Assembly: GCA_900553945.1 (NCBI GenBank)
Contig: USFR01000006.1
Location: forward strand, 52,948-116,947
Direction of reading: 5' to 3'
Origin: an uncultured Clostridium sp.
GTDB taxonomy: Bacteria > Bacillota > Clostridia > TANB77 > CAG-508
DNA: 64,000 nt
Shown: in pieces, positions 1-9,922 of the stretch
Numbering within the stretch: position 1 is the first letter of the stretch
Layout of the letters: every line of letters starts with the position of its first letter
Position numbers and translations under genes: made by a program
Notes under the pieces: generated by a model
Told to the model about the DNA's origin: nothing
Seen by the model: only the letters and a program-made list of their open reading frames with translations
The model's database searches: none

Positions 1-193
1 AATAACCTACTATTGCCATAAATAGCATTGGGAAAAATACCAATTTCAAATGTTCCCAAGTACTCTCATTTACTGCAGAAATAATCGAAAACACAACGCT
101 ATCAGGGAACCAATCATGTGTAAAATGTAATAATGTTCCAGCAATCCAGACAAAAATTATACTAACAATTTGAAAATTTTTAACTCTCTTCAT
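1..193 (-). CDS. Hypothetical membrane protein, N-terminal part only; the gene runs off the window start
   Basis: Minus-strand reading from ATG at 191-193 gives MKRVKNFQIVSIIFVWIAGTLLHFTHDWFPDSVVFSIISAVNESTWEHLKLVFFPMLFMAIVGY, a hydrophobic TM-like sequence. Confidence 0.4.
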   Translation of the reverse strand, partial: MKRVKNFQIVSIIFVWIAGTLLHFTHDWFPDSVVFSIISAVNESTWEHLKLVFFPMLFMAIVGY

Positions 194-347
194 AAAAAAC
201 CTCCATAACTAATTAATATTATAATAAGTTATAAAATATTATGAAAATTTTCTATCCATTCAAAATTTTTGCCTAACCTTGAAAAGCCGATTTTTTTTTG
301 CTATTATTTAAATAAATATTTAATAGCAGAATTGAGGAAAATTTGAT

Positions 348-1961
348 ATGACAATAAATGAAATAGAAAAAAGTTTACAAGAAAAATTTAATGATGAATT
401 CACAATAAAAGCATTTGCGAATTTTGCCTTTGAATTTCAAGAATGCTTTTCAGACATTCTATCCACTGAAGAATTAATACAAAGAATTAAAAAAAATGTT
501 AAAGGAAATATCATAGTAAAAGATGAATTTGAAAACAAACGATTAGATGGTCAATATAACAAGGATGGATATATATGTTTAAAAAAATCAGTAATCGAAA
601 ATGAAAGTTATACAAAATATCTTTTATTTCATGAAATGCTTCACGCAGTAACTTCAATAAGAGATGAAAATGGAAATGAAATTATGTCAGGCTTTTCATA
701 TATAGAACACAGCTATGGAAAAGGATTAAATGAAGCTATGACAGAATATCTAACTCAAATAAGAAATGAAAAATTCGAAAAAAACTCTAGCAACTTAATA
801 TCAGACTACAGAACAATAGTTGAACAACTCAGACGTCTTATTTTAATAATTGGGGATAAGAAAATAAAAGAATGCTATTTTCATAAGCCAATGGCATTTA
901 AAGATTTATTAAACGAAACTGGCATGAATTATGATGAAGTTGACTCAGCATTCAATGGCTTATGTGAGCAAGATTATGACGTTTATGCAATGGGACATGG
1001 GCAAAAGCTCAAAGAAAATAGTAATTATAAATTACATAAATATGCTGAAATACTATTTGAAAATTACTCAAAAGCAATTGGCGAAGTTAGAACATTAGAG
1101 GACTTTAAAAGAAAATATAAGGTTTTCGAAACATGCGTGGATGGTAATTTTGATGCTATTACAACAATGTATATACCCTACTATGGTCAAATGGGAAAAG
1201 ATATAAATTCTCTGTTAAATACAGGTATTCCATTTGAAAAAATAAAAGATACATTACAAATTCTAAAAATTAATTTAGATACATTGTCATCCGCATATGA
1301 TTTCTCAAAATGTTTTGTACCTGACAAAAACAAATCAGCTACTGAAATATATAAATATTATAAAAAAAATCCAAATAGATATACTGCATTTTTTAGTCAG
1401 AATTATGGCATGATATTTGACCATTTTAGTGAACTTACTGAATATACTTTAACGCCTAATGACAACACTTTATATGATTACTATCTATATCCGCTTAAAG
1501 GTTTATTAATACAAGATCATCCTGAAATAGATTATTCTGAAATCTCATGTAGAAGAATCAAAGATGAAAATTCAAAGGTTGATTTAGTTATTTTTAGTTC
1601 ATCTAATAATGAACAATACGGATATACTACAAATGGAGACAAAGCTATACAATATATTGATGACAAAGGAAATAAAATTTTGAGATTTAACGTAAGTAGT
1701 CAATACATTTTGAATTTAATATATCAAAAAGATGGCCAAGTAAATTTTCAATTCCAAGCTTCAAAAGATTTTCCACCTGAAAAATTCAAAGCTCTTATGG
1801 AAAATTTAAACTTTGAATCAAAATATTATTACAGTGACAAAGAAGATATAGAATATTGGTTACAAGAAAATAGCGATGATAAATTGTTGCAATCCAAATT
1901 AAATACCATATCAGAAAGAATTAACACTAGAAGGAAAGAAAGTTCTAAAACTTTGCAATAA
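348..1961 (+). CDS. Large hypothetical protein with an N-terminal HExxH zincin-like motif (HEMLH ... NEAMTEY, resembling ImmA/IrrE or SprT metallopeptidases)
   Basis: 537-aa ORF containing LLFHEMLHAV and a downstream GLNEAMTEYL Glu motif. The ~400-aa C-terminal region is unrecognised. An AT-rich promoter region precedes it. Confidence 0.55.
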   Translation: MTINEIEKSLQEKFNDEFTIKAFANFAFEFQECFSDILSTEELIQRIKKNVKGNIIVKDEFENKRLDGQYNKDGYICLKKSVIENESYTKYLLFHEMLHAVTSIRDENGNEIMSGFSYIEHSYGKGLNEAMTEYLTQIRNEKFEKNSSNLISDYRTIVEQLRRLILIIGDKKIKECYFHKPMAFKDLLNETGMNYDEVDSAFNGLCEQDYDVYAMGHGQKLKENSNYKLHKYAEILFENYSKAIGEVRTLEDFKRKYKVFETCVDGNFDAITTMYIPYYGQMGKDINSLLNTGIPFEKIKDTLQILKINLDTLSSAYDFSKCFVPDKNKSATEIYKYYKKNPNRYTAFFSQNYGMIFDHFSELTEYTLTPNDNTLYDYYLYPLKGLLIQDHPEIDYSEISCRRIKDENSKVDLVIFSSSNNEQYGYTTNGDKAIQYIDDKGNKILRFNVSSQYILNLIYQKDGQVNFQFQASKDFPPEKFKALMENLNFESKYYYSDKEDIEYWLQENSDDKLLQSKLNTISERINTRRKESSKTLQ

Positions 1962-1981
1962 CTATTAGTTTTCAACTCATA

Positions 1982-2020
1982 AAAAATCTCATGTTATTAA
2001 TTAAAACATGAGATTTTTTA
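1982..2020. terminator. Bidirectional rho-independent terminator between two convergent genes
   Basis: Hairpin aaaaatctcatgtt-attaattaa-aacatgagattttt with A/T runs on both sides. Confidence 0.6.
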
Positions 2021-2044
2021 TATATTCAAAGCAAATCTTTTATA

Positions 2045-3766
2045 TTAATTTAATTTTCCATAGTACATATCACTAAACATTCCGCCTTTGTCAATTAACT
2101 CATCAAATTTTCCTTCTTCTTCTATATGACCTTTGTTCAAAACAATTATTCTATCGCAATTTTTTAATGTAGTTAATCTATGTGCAATTGCAATAATCGT
2201 TGTATTATTTTCATCTTTCATTTTTTCTATTTCTGCTTGAATATGCTTTTCAGAGGTATTATCCAAAGCAGAAGTTGCTTCATCTAAAATTAATATTTTG
2301 GGCTTTCTCAAAAATATTCTAGCAATAGCTATTCTTTGTCTTTGACCACCAGATAAATTGTTTCCTCCTTCTGAAACCATAGTATCAAATTTTTCTGGTA
2401 AACTATTTATATAATCAAATATATATGCTCTTTTTGAAGCCTCTTCTACTTCATCTTTTGATACCTCTCTATCTATACCATACGTTATATTTTCATAAAT
2501 TGTTCCCGCTATTAAAAATGGACTTTGTGGCACTAATGCAATCAATTTAGAAATATCTTTTCTTGATAAATTATTTAAATTAATATTATCAATAATTATC
2601 GTACCCTTTGCTTTTTCCAGCTTACATATAGACTTTATCAAAGATGATTTACCGCAACCTGATGGCCCAGCAATACCAAGATAAGTTCCTTTATTTATAT
2701 CAATATTAAAATTATCAAGAATTACTTTATCTTTACTTTCTGGATAAGAAAACGTAATATTTTCCATATTAATCATTTCATCTGTTTCTTTATTTTCTGA
2801 TTTCACACTTATAGGAAAATAAGAAAAATCATTTTCTATTTCTGTCATTTTGAAGAAATCTGTTGCTAAAACAGTACATTCAGACACTTCATCGAAAATT
2901 CTATGTAATTCTTCTAATGGCTTTAATAATTGATTAAAACACAAATATGCTGTTAGAACACTACCTACTGAGATTATATTCTTAGTTGCTAGATATGTAG
3001 ATACACCAATAACTAAAACAGTAAATACTGCTTGATTAATAAATTTTAAACAATCATATACAGCCATTGCTTTATGATGTTTCATTTCCTTTGCTCGTAA
3101 AAATTCTGATTTATTTTCAAATCTATTTGTTTCAAATTCTAAGCTATCACATATTCTTATTACTTCAATACCATTTATTAATTCAACAATAGTTCCGTCC
3201 ATTTCAGATTTACTATTTAAAAGTTCAACTCTAATTCCCTTCTGACTTTTAATCTGTTTCAAAACTATAAAAACTCCAATTGGGATTACTAACATCATAG
3301 GTAAAGCTAATGCTATTGGTAACGTTATAAAAATAGTAATAATTGCTGCTATACTATTGAATATAGCTGGAGCAAAATCCATAAACAACAATTTTTCCAA
3401 TTTTATTGTTCCATCAAGACATCTATTTAACCTTCCATGAATATTTCCAGTCATATTTTTTCTGAAATATGATAATGGAGCCATTAAAAGAGATTTTATA
3501 ACAATTCCTCTTGCTTTTTTTTCTGTCCTAGTTGCTGTATCCTCAACTAAAACTCTTCTTACAATTTTTATTATTTCATTAACTACATTGACTATTAGTA
3601 TAAAAATAAGAAATGGTATTACTTTTTCAAACGAAATTGAATCCTTAGATAAAATATCATCTGTTAACCATCCTATAGCTTTAGGAGTCATCTGTGCTAA
3701 TATTGCTGAAATTATCATTATCATAATAATTATTATAAATCTTATTTTCTGCTTTTTATCTAACAA
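2045..3766 (-). CDS. ABC transporter, fused permease/ATP-binding exporter (MsbA/LmrA type)
   Basis: N-terminal six-TM region; Walker A GPSGCGKSS, ABC signature LSGGQRQR, Walker B ILILDEAT. Confidence 0.85.
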   Translation of the reverse strand: MLDKKQKIRFIIIIMIMIISAILAQMTPKAIGWLTDDILSKDSISFEKVIPFLIFILIVNVVNEIIKIVRRVLVEDTATRTEKKARGIVIKSLLMAPLSYFRKNMTGNIHGRLNRCLDGTIKLEKLLFMDFAPAIFNSIAAIITIFITLPIALALPMMLVIPIGVFIVLKQIKSQKGIRVELLNSKSEMDGTIVELINGIEVIRICDSLEFETNRFENKSEFLRAKEMKHHKAMAVYDCLKFINQAVFTVLVIGVSTYLATKNIISVGSVLTAYLCFNQLLKPLEELHRIFDEVSECTVLATDFFKMTEIENDFSYFPISVKSENKETDEMINMENITFSYPESKDKVILDNFNIDINKGTYLGIAGPSGCGKSSLIKSICKLEKAKGTIIIDNINLNNLSRKDISKLIALVPQSPFLIAGTIYENITYGIDREVSKDEVEEASKRAYIFDYINSLPEKFDTMVSEGGNNLSGGQRQRIAIARIFLRKPKILILDEATSALDNTSEKHIQAEIEKMKDENNTTIIAIAHRLTTLKNCDRIIVLNKGHIEEEGKFDELIDKGGMFSDMYYGKLN

Positions 3767-3978
3767 TTTATATATTTTCTTTAAAACATTCGATAAATTA
3801 TTTTTTTCATATTTACTCCTTTTAATTTAAATTACATTATATATTATAACATAAAACTATCTAAAACACCAATTTATCCGAATGCTATATTTTTTTACAT
3901 TTCATGTCATCAAGCTCTATTAATTACTTTAATATCTAACAATTTATTTCGTATACCACTTGATATATTTTATCAATT

Positions 3979-5343
3979 TTAGTTTATATCATCATTTTGT
4001 ATAACTTTTTTCTCTAATTTTTGAGCAAGTTTTTCTAGTTCTTCATCCCCTGTTTCATCAGCAAACTTTCTTGCCATAGTTTTATTTTTAGAAACTAATT
4101 TTTTTATAGTTAAATCATTCGCTTTATCATTTGCTAATCGAAGATTTCTGTCACTACTTACAAGAGCATCCTTTATTTTTTGAAGATGATCTATTGACTT
4201 ATCTATTTCTTCTATTGCCTCATTAAATTTTCTTGATGCTAACATATAATTTCTGCTAAATGCATCTTTAAATTTATTCATATTATCTTCGAAATTTGAA
4301 ATATCAATATTGGTATTTTTCATTTCAATCATTTGTTTTTTATATTGCAATGAATTCATTGATGCAGTTCGTAGCAAAGTGATAATAGGTATAAATGATT
4401 GTGGACGAATTACATACATTTTTTCATATCTATGTGATACATCAGTAATTCCAGCATTATAAAGTTCATTATCTTTTTCTAATAAAGAAACTAACACTGC
4501 ATATTCGCAATTCTTTTCTTTTCTATCTTTATCAAGTTCTTTGAAAAAATCCTCATTTTTATGTTTAGTAGCTGTTTCATCATTTTCGTTTTTCATTTCG
4601 AACATAATAGAAACTATTTCAACACCGTCATCATCATAATCTCTAAATATAAAATCACCTTTAGATCCTGTTTTAGCATCATTATCTTTTTCAAAATATG
4701 CATTTGAGAACAAAGGTCTTAATCTATTAAACTCAACATTGCAATGTTGTTCTAAGGTTTCTCCCACCATTTTTGTTGATAATGATGTTTTTAAGTCTTT
4801 ATAATATTCTATCATTTCATCTTTTTGTTTTAATTGATTATCATAACTTAATATAAGATTTTTTTCGTTTATTTCTTGCTCTTTTTTATTAAGATTAATC
4901 TGATTCTTCAAAGACTCTATGTCTTTATCTTTTTCATTTATTGCATCTTTAATAGCCATTTGATCTTTTGATTTCTGAACAATTAAATCAGATTGTAATT
5001 TTGTATTTTCATTTGTTAATTCATTTATTTTATCATTTAATTTTTTCTCTACTTCATTTCGAGTAGACATCTCTATATTTCTTTTCTCTTTTTCACTTTC
5101 TTGCAATTTGTTTTGAGCTGTTATTAATTCTAGTTTTAATGAATTAATTTCTTCTTGCATTTTCTTTTCTGTATTAACTTCTGCAAGTTTTACTGCATTT
5201 TCTTTTTCAGAATTAAATTGCTTAATTCTTATATCTAGTTCCTTCTCAAACTCATGATTTTTTATTTGCTTAACTATTGATTCATAATCTGTTTCATTTA
5301 TCGTAAATGCTTTTCCACAATGTGGACATTTAATTTCATTCAT
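3979..5343 (-). CDS. DUF2130/RmuC-like protein: N-terminal Zn-ribbon, long coiled coil, C-terminal PD-(D/E)xK-like nuclease fold
   Basis: CPHCGKAF zinc ribbon at the N-terminus. About 250 aa of heptad-like E/K/Q/L-rich sequence. C-terminal GDFIFRDYDDDGVEIVSIMFEMKNE ... EYAVLVS matches a D...ExK restriction-endonuclease-like motif. Confidence 0.6.
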   Translation of the reverse strand: MNEIKCPHCGKAFTINETDYESIVKQIKNHEFEKELDIRIKQFNSEKENAVKLAEVNTEKKMQEEINSLKLELITAQNKLQESEKEKRNIEMSTRNEVEKKLNDKINELTNENTKLQSDLIVQKSKDQMAIKDAINEKDKDIESLKNQINLNKKEQEINEKNLILSYDNQLKQKDEMIEYYKDLKTSLSTKMVGETLEQHCNVEFNRLRPLFSNAYFEKDNDAKTGSKGDFIFRDYDDDGVEIVSIMFEMKNENDETATKHKNEDFFKELDKDRKEKNCEYAVLVSLLEKDNELYNAGITDVSHRYEKMYVIRPQSFIPIITLLRTASMNSLQYKKQMIEMKNTNIDISNFEDNMNKFKDAFSRNYMLASRKFNEAIEEIDKSIDHLQKIKDALVSSDRNLRLANDKANDLTIKKLVSKNKTMARKFADETGDEELEKLAQKLEKKVIQNDDIN

Positions 5344-5395
5344 TATATATTTTCCTTTCTTTAATTATTAAAGTAAAATTTATAATATAATTGTA

Positions 5396-5620
5396 TCATT
5401 TATTCAGTAATTTATCATATATTAATTTTGTGTTTTCATTTAAATGTATTTTTTCATCAAAAACATCTACACATTTTGGTTTGCAAAAATTTTTAAATTC
5501 AGAAATAGCTAAATCTATATTATTTGCATTAACTTTATCTTCAAATATTTTAATTGCTGTTTTCATATATCCTCTTACAGCACATCCTGCCATTGCTTTA
5601 AAATAAGATTTTTCTGGCAA
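5396..5620 (-). pseudogene. Probable gene remnant: a 74-aa ORF with a TTG start, and out-of-frame fragments upstream (5621-5728)
   Basis: No ATG start and no Shine-Dalgarno. The adjacent 108 bp holds short frames in other phases (...APHGVFRSNKIIITNPRVVTDEMAMDF*), suggesting a decayed gene between DUF2130 and the RhuM pair. Confidence 0.3.
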
Positions 5621-5728
5621 ATTCGATTTATATTAAAAATCCATGGCCATCTCATCTGTAACAACTCTAGGATTTGTTATAATAATTTTATTACTTCTAA
5701 ATACTCCGTGCGGAGCTTAAGTGCTTTC

Positions 5729-5953
5729 TCAATCTATTATTTCAGCATCATCTGGAATAGCAACATCATATATTGTATCACCACGCACTAACCATCTTAG
5801 TATGTTATCTTCTGTACTAAAGTTAAAACCGCCCATTTTTTGTGGGTCATGAACATTAGGATTCCAATTATTAGCAATATTTACTTTTCCTATCTTATAC
5901 TCAAAATCCGAGGCTCCAGATTTCGTTTTAAACATTACCTTTAAATACTTCAT
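5729..5953 (-). CDS. Small hypothetical protein (74 aa) overlapping the 3' end of the RhuM-family gene
   Basis: Protein-like composition (GGFNFSTEDNILRWLVRGDTIYDVAIPDDAEIID). The 26-nt overlap with the upstream gene suggests translational coupling. Confidence 0.45.
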   Translation of the reverse strand: MKYLKVMFKTKSGASDFEYKIGKVNIANNWNPNVHDPQKMGGFNFSTEDNILRWLVRGDTIYDVAIPDDAEIID

Positions 5954-6863
5954 TTGCTTGTTTATGTGAATTTTTTCCTTTTCCTTCTAAAACTTCATAA
6001 TGGAAAACTTTTAGGGCATTTTCTACTTCATTTTTCCAATCTTCCATATACATTGTTATGTTTCTCTCTGCATTATTTTCAGCAATATCCAAAAATAAGT
6101 TTACTAAATTATTTAAATTTTTAATTTCTTGTTCACTTAAATAGTTCTTGGCAATAATTACATCAGATTTTAAAATTTTCCCATCAGGTGAATTTTCCCA
6201 GGTAGTAAGTCCAATATTTTCTTTTTTAGAATTCACTCTTTTATAAACTATTTCAGCAGCAATGTTTCCAGTAATTGCATAATGAAATTTATTTTGAATT
6301 GTTTTATAAAAAGTTATTGCAGTATCACTATTTTTATCATAATCAATAGAACATTCAGCAAATATATCAGTAATTTTTTGATAAAACATTCTCTCGCTTG
6401 TACGAATTAATTTAATTCTTTCGAGTAATCTTTTAAAATACTCTTGATCAGATTTCTTTGCTTTTAAAAATCTTTCATCATTTAAAGCAAAACCTTGAAC
6501 CATATAATCTTTAATTATTTTATTTGCCCAAGTTCTAAATTTAATTGCTTTTTTAGAGTTAACTCGAAAACCTATTGAAATGATCATATCAAGATTATAA
6601 TATTTTGTATTATAATCTTGTTTGCCATTGTTACCCACATGTTCCATTTTGGAACATGTGCTTTTTTCTTCAAGTTCTTCGTCTTCATAAATATTATTTA
6701 TATGTTTCGTAATTGCTGGTCGTTTAACATTAAAAAGTGCGGCTAATGCTTTTGTATTTAACCAAACATCTTCATTTTCTAATAGTACTTCTACTTTTGT
6801 ATTACCTTCTTCATCATTATAAAATAAAATATTTTTCTCATTTCCAATTAATTTTTCTTTCAA
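5928..6863 (-). CDS. RhuM/DinD-family virulence-associated protein (N-terminal Bro-N/KilA-N-like DNA-binding region)
   Basis: NTKALAALFNVKRPAITKHINNIY ... DMIISIGFRVNSKKAIKFRTWANKIIKDYMVQGFALNDERF is characteristic of the Virulence_RhuM family. Confidence 0.7.
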   Translation of the reverse strand: MKEKLIGNEKNILFYNDEEGNTKVEVLLENEDVWLNTKALAALFNVKRPAITKHINNIYEDEELEEKSTCSKMEHVGNNGKQDYNTKYYNLDMIISIGFRVNSKKAIKFRTWANKIIKDYMVQGFALNDERFLKAKKSDQEYFKRLLERIKLIRTSERMFYQKITDIFAECSIDYDKNSDTAITFYKTIQNKFHYAITGNIAAEIVYKRVNSKKENIGLTTWENSPDGKILKSDVIIAKNYLSEQEIKNLNNLVNLFLDIAENNAERNITMYMEDWKNEVENALKVFHYEVLEGKGKNSHKQANEVFKGNV

Positions 6864-6995
6864 ATTAACATCTCCTAATCCAAATATAATAAATTCTTAT
6901 CTAATTAATATAATACTATTTTTACGAACATTTGTATTGTATCATGGATATACTTGAATTTCAATATTTTTACATGCAATAATTATATTAAAAAA

Positions 6996-7030
6996 AGTGC
7001 ATCCAGATTATTACACTGGATTGCACTTTT
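6996..7030 (-). terminator. Terminator hairpin just downstream of the displaced secA 3' fragment; probably the ancestral secA terminator
   Basis: agtgcatccag-attattaca-ctggattgcact followed by a T-run. It sits immediately after the remnant stop codon at 7047-7049. Confidence 0.5.
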
Positions 7031-7046
7031 TTATTATATTATATAA

Positions 7047-7136
7047 TTACGCATTTTTTCCACAACAGTTTTTATACTTTTTTCCACTTCCACAAGAAGA
7101 CTTTATTTGTGTATTATCAATACTATAAAATACTAT
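7047..7136 (-). pseudogene. Displaced secA 3'-end remnant (encodes ...[17 protein letters not shown]), the distal att-repeat of the integrated island
   Basis: Minus-strand translation of 7047-7100 reproduces the SecA C-terminal zinc-finger tail. It is 41/48 nt identical to the genuine secA terminus at 14458-14505. Confidence 0.7.
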
Positions 7137-7572
7137 CTATACTAATAATATCACGGATTATAGCCATTTATATTTATTGTATTATTAGTATTTATTTTGT
7201 ATATGTTTTATTATTTTTTGCAAACAAAATGCAAACAATGTTTACATTCGATTTTAAAATTATAATAAAAATGCCTAGATTGCAACGTACTTAACATACG
7301 CTTAGCTTGTAGCTACATTGTCTAGGTCTTACTAAAAATATTTTACTATATCGAAACTTGTATGTCAAACATTTTTGCTAAAAAATATTAAAGGTAAAGA
7401 CCTAAATCTCTACCTTTTTTACCGTTGGTTATTTGGCAGGTGTGCCAAATCCTGCATCTCTTTTGACCTTTTAAAGGTGTGTGGATGGCACTATTGTCCA
7501 CTTCAAATAACCTAATTATATTGTACTTTTATTATACAACTTTTATTCATTTTTGTCTAGCATTTTTTAGAT

Positions 7573-7956
7573 TTATTTTTCCATATGATTTTTCCGTCTA
7601 TTTCTTATAGTTTGATTCCAAGTTCTTTTATTTAATTTCATTAATGTTATTATTGAGTTTTTATTATGCTCATCATCTTGTCCTAATGCTAACTTTATAA
7701 CGACTCTACCATTCTTTCCTATATCATCAATTTCTTTTAAATATATCATTGTATCTTCATGTCTATTATCTTCAACTATATAGTCTGGATTTTCAATTAT
7801 ACTTTTAATATATGGTCTTAACTGTTTATATTCTTCTTCGTGGAATAATAGTATGTGTTCATATAGTCGTTCATCTGTTAAAATAACTTCTTCAGTTATT
7901 AACTTATCTTTATATATTCCTAATTTTTCTTTATCTAAATTTGTTATATATTGCAA
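7573..7956 (-). CDS. Hypothetical 127-aa island cargo protein, possibly a toxin/nuclease-like domain
   Basis: ORF with a basic C-terminus (RNRRKNHMEK). First gene inside the island boundary. No confident family assignment. Confidence 0.4.
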   Translation of the reverse strand: MQYITNLDKEKLGIYKDKLITEEVILTDERLYEHILLFHEEEYKQLRPYIKSIIENPDYIVEDNRHEDTMIYLKEIDDIGKNGRVVIKLALGQDDEHNKNSIITLMKLNKRTWNQTIRNRRKNHMEK

Positions 7957-7983
7957 TTTATTACCTTCTTTTTATTATAATAT

Positions 7984-8430
7984 TTATCTTACATATTTTG
8001 TATTATTAAAAATATCTAAAGAATATATTTTGTTTTCTTCAAAATATTTGATAAACTGGATGCTTGTATCATATCCTCTTAATTCATTTTCTGTCATGTT
8101 TTTAACATCTTTGACATTTAACCATTTTACATCCAATATCTCATCAGTATCAAATTTAATATCTTCTTCTAATATATCAGCAGTAAATCTTACCATTACT
8201 CGTGTTTCTCCATCTTCTCCATCAACAGAACATATCGGTAATACCCCTGTGAGTTTTACTTTACAGCCCGTTTCTTCATAAGTTTCTCTTACTGCTGCAT
8301 CTGTTATTTTTTCTAATTCATCTACATGCCCTGCTGGAAAATTCCATTGTCCATAACATTTCTTTTTTGCTTCTTTTACCATTAAAATTTTATTATCTCT
8401 TACTATTATACAACCTGCTATAACTACCAT
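7984..8430 (-). CDS. NUDIX hydrolase
   Basis: Nudix box GHVDELEKITDAAVRETYEETG (GX5EX7REUXEEXGU). Confidence 0.8.
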   Translation of the reverse strand: MVVIAGCIIVRDNKILMVKEAKKKCYGQWNFPAGHVDELEKITDAAVRETYEETGCKVKLTGVLPICSVDGEDGETRVMVRFTADILEEDIKFDTDEILDVKWLNVKDVKNMTENELRGYDTSIQFIKYFEENKIYSLDIFNNTKYVR

Positions 8431-8444
8431 TCTATCTCTCCTAA

Positions 8445-9248
8445 CTATAAAATTACTTCTTCTAAATCATTTGGAACATAAACATTACCTAAAAAGAATT
8501 TCTTTGCTTCTTCTATATATGATTTTTTTCTGTTTTTTACATCATTGTCTATTGTATGCCATAAAATCAAATTTTTAGCTTTCATCATTTCCATCTTTTC
8601 TGCCACATCCTTAACTACTGAATGATTTTTTTCACGGGCTTTAAAAATAGGTTCTTCTTTTTCTAAACAAAATGCTTCATGTAGTATCCAATCAAAATTT
8701 TTTATTCTATCACATATCTTTTCAGAGCAAGGAACATCTCCTAAAAATGCTATATTCTTTCCATTATTTAATATCGTTTTAAATCCATATTGAATACATT
8801 CATTAGAGTGTAAATCTATTACATCTATATCATATCCTATAATAGAAAACTTTTTATAATCTTTACAAAAGTTATATATTACTAACTCTTTATATAAGTC
8901 TATATGTACTTTATGAAATGTAGCTGACATGAAAGTATCTATTATTTCTTTAATTTCATCATCACAATATATATTTAATTTTCCATTATATCTTTTCATT
9001 CTATGTTGTTGCATTATATATCTTAATAGTGGAATAATGCCTAATAAATGGTCTATATGTTTATGTGAGATAAAAATATCATGTATTTTATCAATGTCTA
9101 TATTTTTTGACTTTAATTGATTTAATATTTGATTACCACTACCTGTATCTACCAACATATACTTATCATCATTTTCTAGTAAAAAACATGTACTATAACA
9201 ATTTATTGATATTCCTGCCCCAGTACCTAAAACTATAATTTTTTCCAT
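8445..9248 (-). CDS. MBL-fold metallo-hydrolase (RNase Z / beta-lactamase superfamily)
   Basis: Glycine-rich N-terminus LGTGAG, HxHxDH motif (SHKHIDH), and a downstream His/Asp-rich region. Confidence 0.75.
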   Translation of the reverse strand: MEKIIVLGTGAGISINCYSTCFLLENDDKYMLVDTGSGNQILNQLKSKNIDIDKIHDIFISHKHIDHLLGIIPLLRYIMQQHRMKRYNGKLNIYCDDEIKEIIDTFMSATFHKVHIDLYKELVIYNFCKDYKKFSIIGYDIDVIDLHSNECIQYGFKTILNNGKNIAFLGDVPCSEKICDRIKNFDWILHEAFCLEKEEPIFKAREKNHSVVKDVAEKMEMMKAKNLILWHTIDNDVKNRKKSYIEEAKKFFLGNVYVPNDLEEVIL

Positions 9249-9261
9249 CTATAAATCCTTT

Positions 9262-9789
9262 CTATTTATTCAAATAATATTCTAATATATTTCTATCCCT
9301 TAATGCTATAAATTTTGTGTGATATACAGACTCGTATTTTGATGCAATTAAATTATCAAAACATTCTGTAATTAACTTTAATCCATTTTCAGGAGTTTCC
9401 CATAATAATTTAGCACCTTCTTCTTTTTCTTTTTGAGTTACATTCAGTTGTTTTGTATCTTTTATAACTTTTCCTACAAATACATAAGAAATTTGTTTAA
9501 AATTATCAAATGTTTTATATTCTTCAGTTGTTCCTAAACATTCTATAATTTCTACTTCGCATCCTGTTTCTTCTAGCACTTCTCTTTTAAATGCTTCTTC
9601 TGGTTTTTCTTCTCCTTCTAATCCTCCACCAGGTAATTTATATTCATTTTTATTACTCTTATTAAAAATTGCAATTTTACCATCTTCTCTTATCACAATT
9701 CCTCTTGCACCTAATCGCAATCTTGGATTGTCCATTTCAATCGGCTGTTTTCCTATATCTTTATCTGTTATTTTACATATTAAATTCAT
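9262..9789 (-). CDS. NUDIX hydrolase (second copy)
   Basis: Nudix box GGGLEGEEKPEEAFKREVLEETG. Confidence 0.8.
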   Translation of the reverse strand: MNLICKITDKDIGKQPIEMDNPRLRLGARGIVIREDGKIAIFNKSNKNEYKLPGGGLEGEEKPEEAFKREVLEETGCEVEIIECLGTTEEYKTFDNFKQISYVFVGKVIKDTKQLNVTQKEKEEGAKLLWETPENGLKLITECFDNLIASKYESVYHTKFIALRDRNILEYYLNK

Positions 9790-9922
9790 ATTTTTTATAT
9801 TCTCCTCTTTTGGGATATTTTTAAGGAATTATATCATACTTTACTTTATTTGTCTCAATTTTATAAAAATTTTATATTTTTCTTATATTTTAAAGAGCCA
9901 GTAATTATACTAGCTCTCTAAT

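Noticed and set aside
3588-3830. Short ORFs antisense to or overlapping confident genes (for example 3588-3830, 10437-10808, 14886-15122, 24060-24296, 28729-29076, 37617-37850, 52730-53196)
   Set aside because: They are embedded within well-supported longer genes on the opposite strand, with isoleucine/leucine/serine-rich low-complexity translations typical of AT-rich antisense frames.
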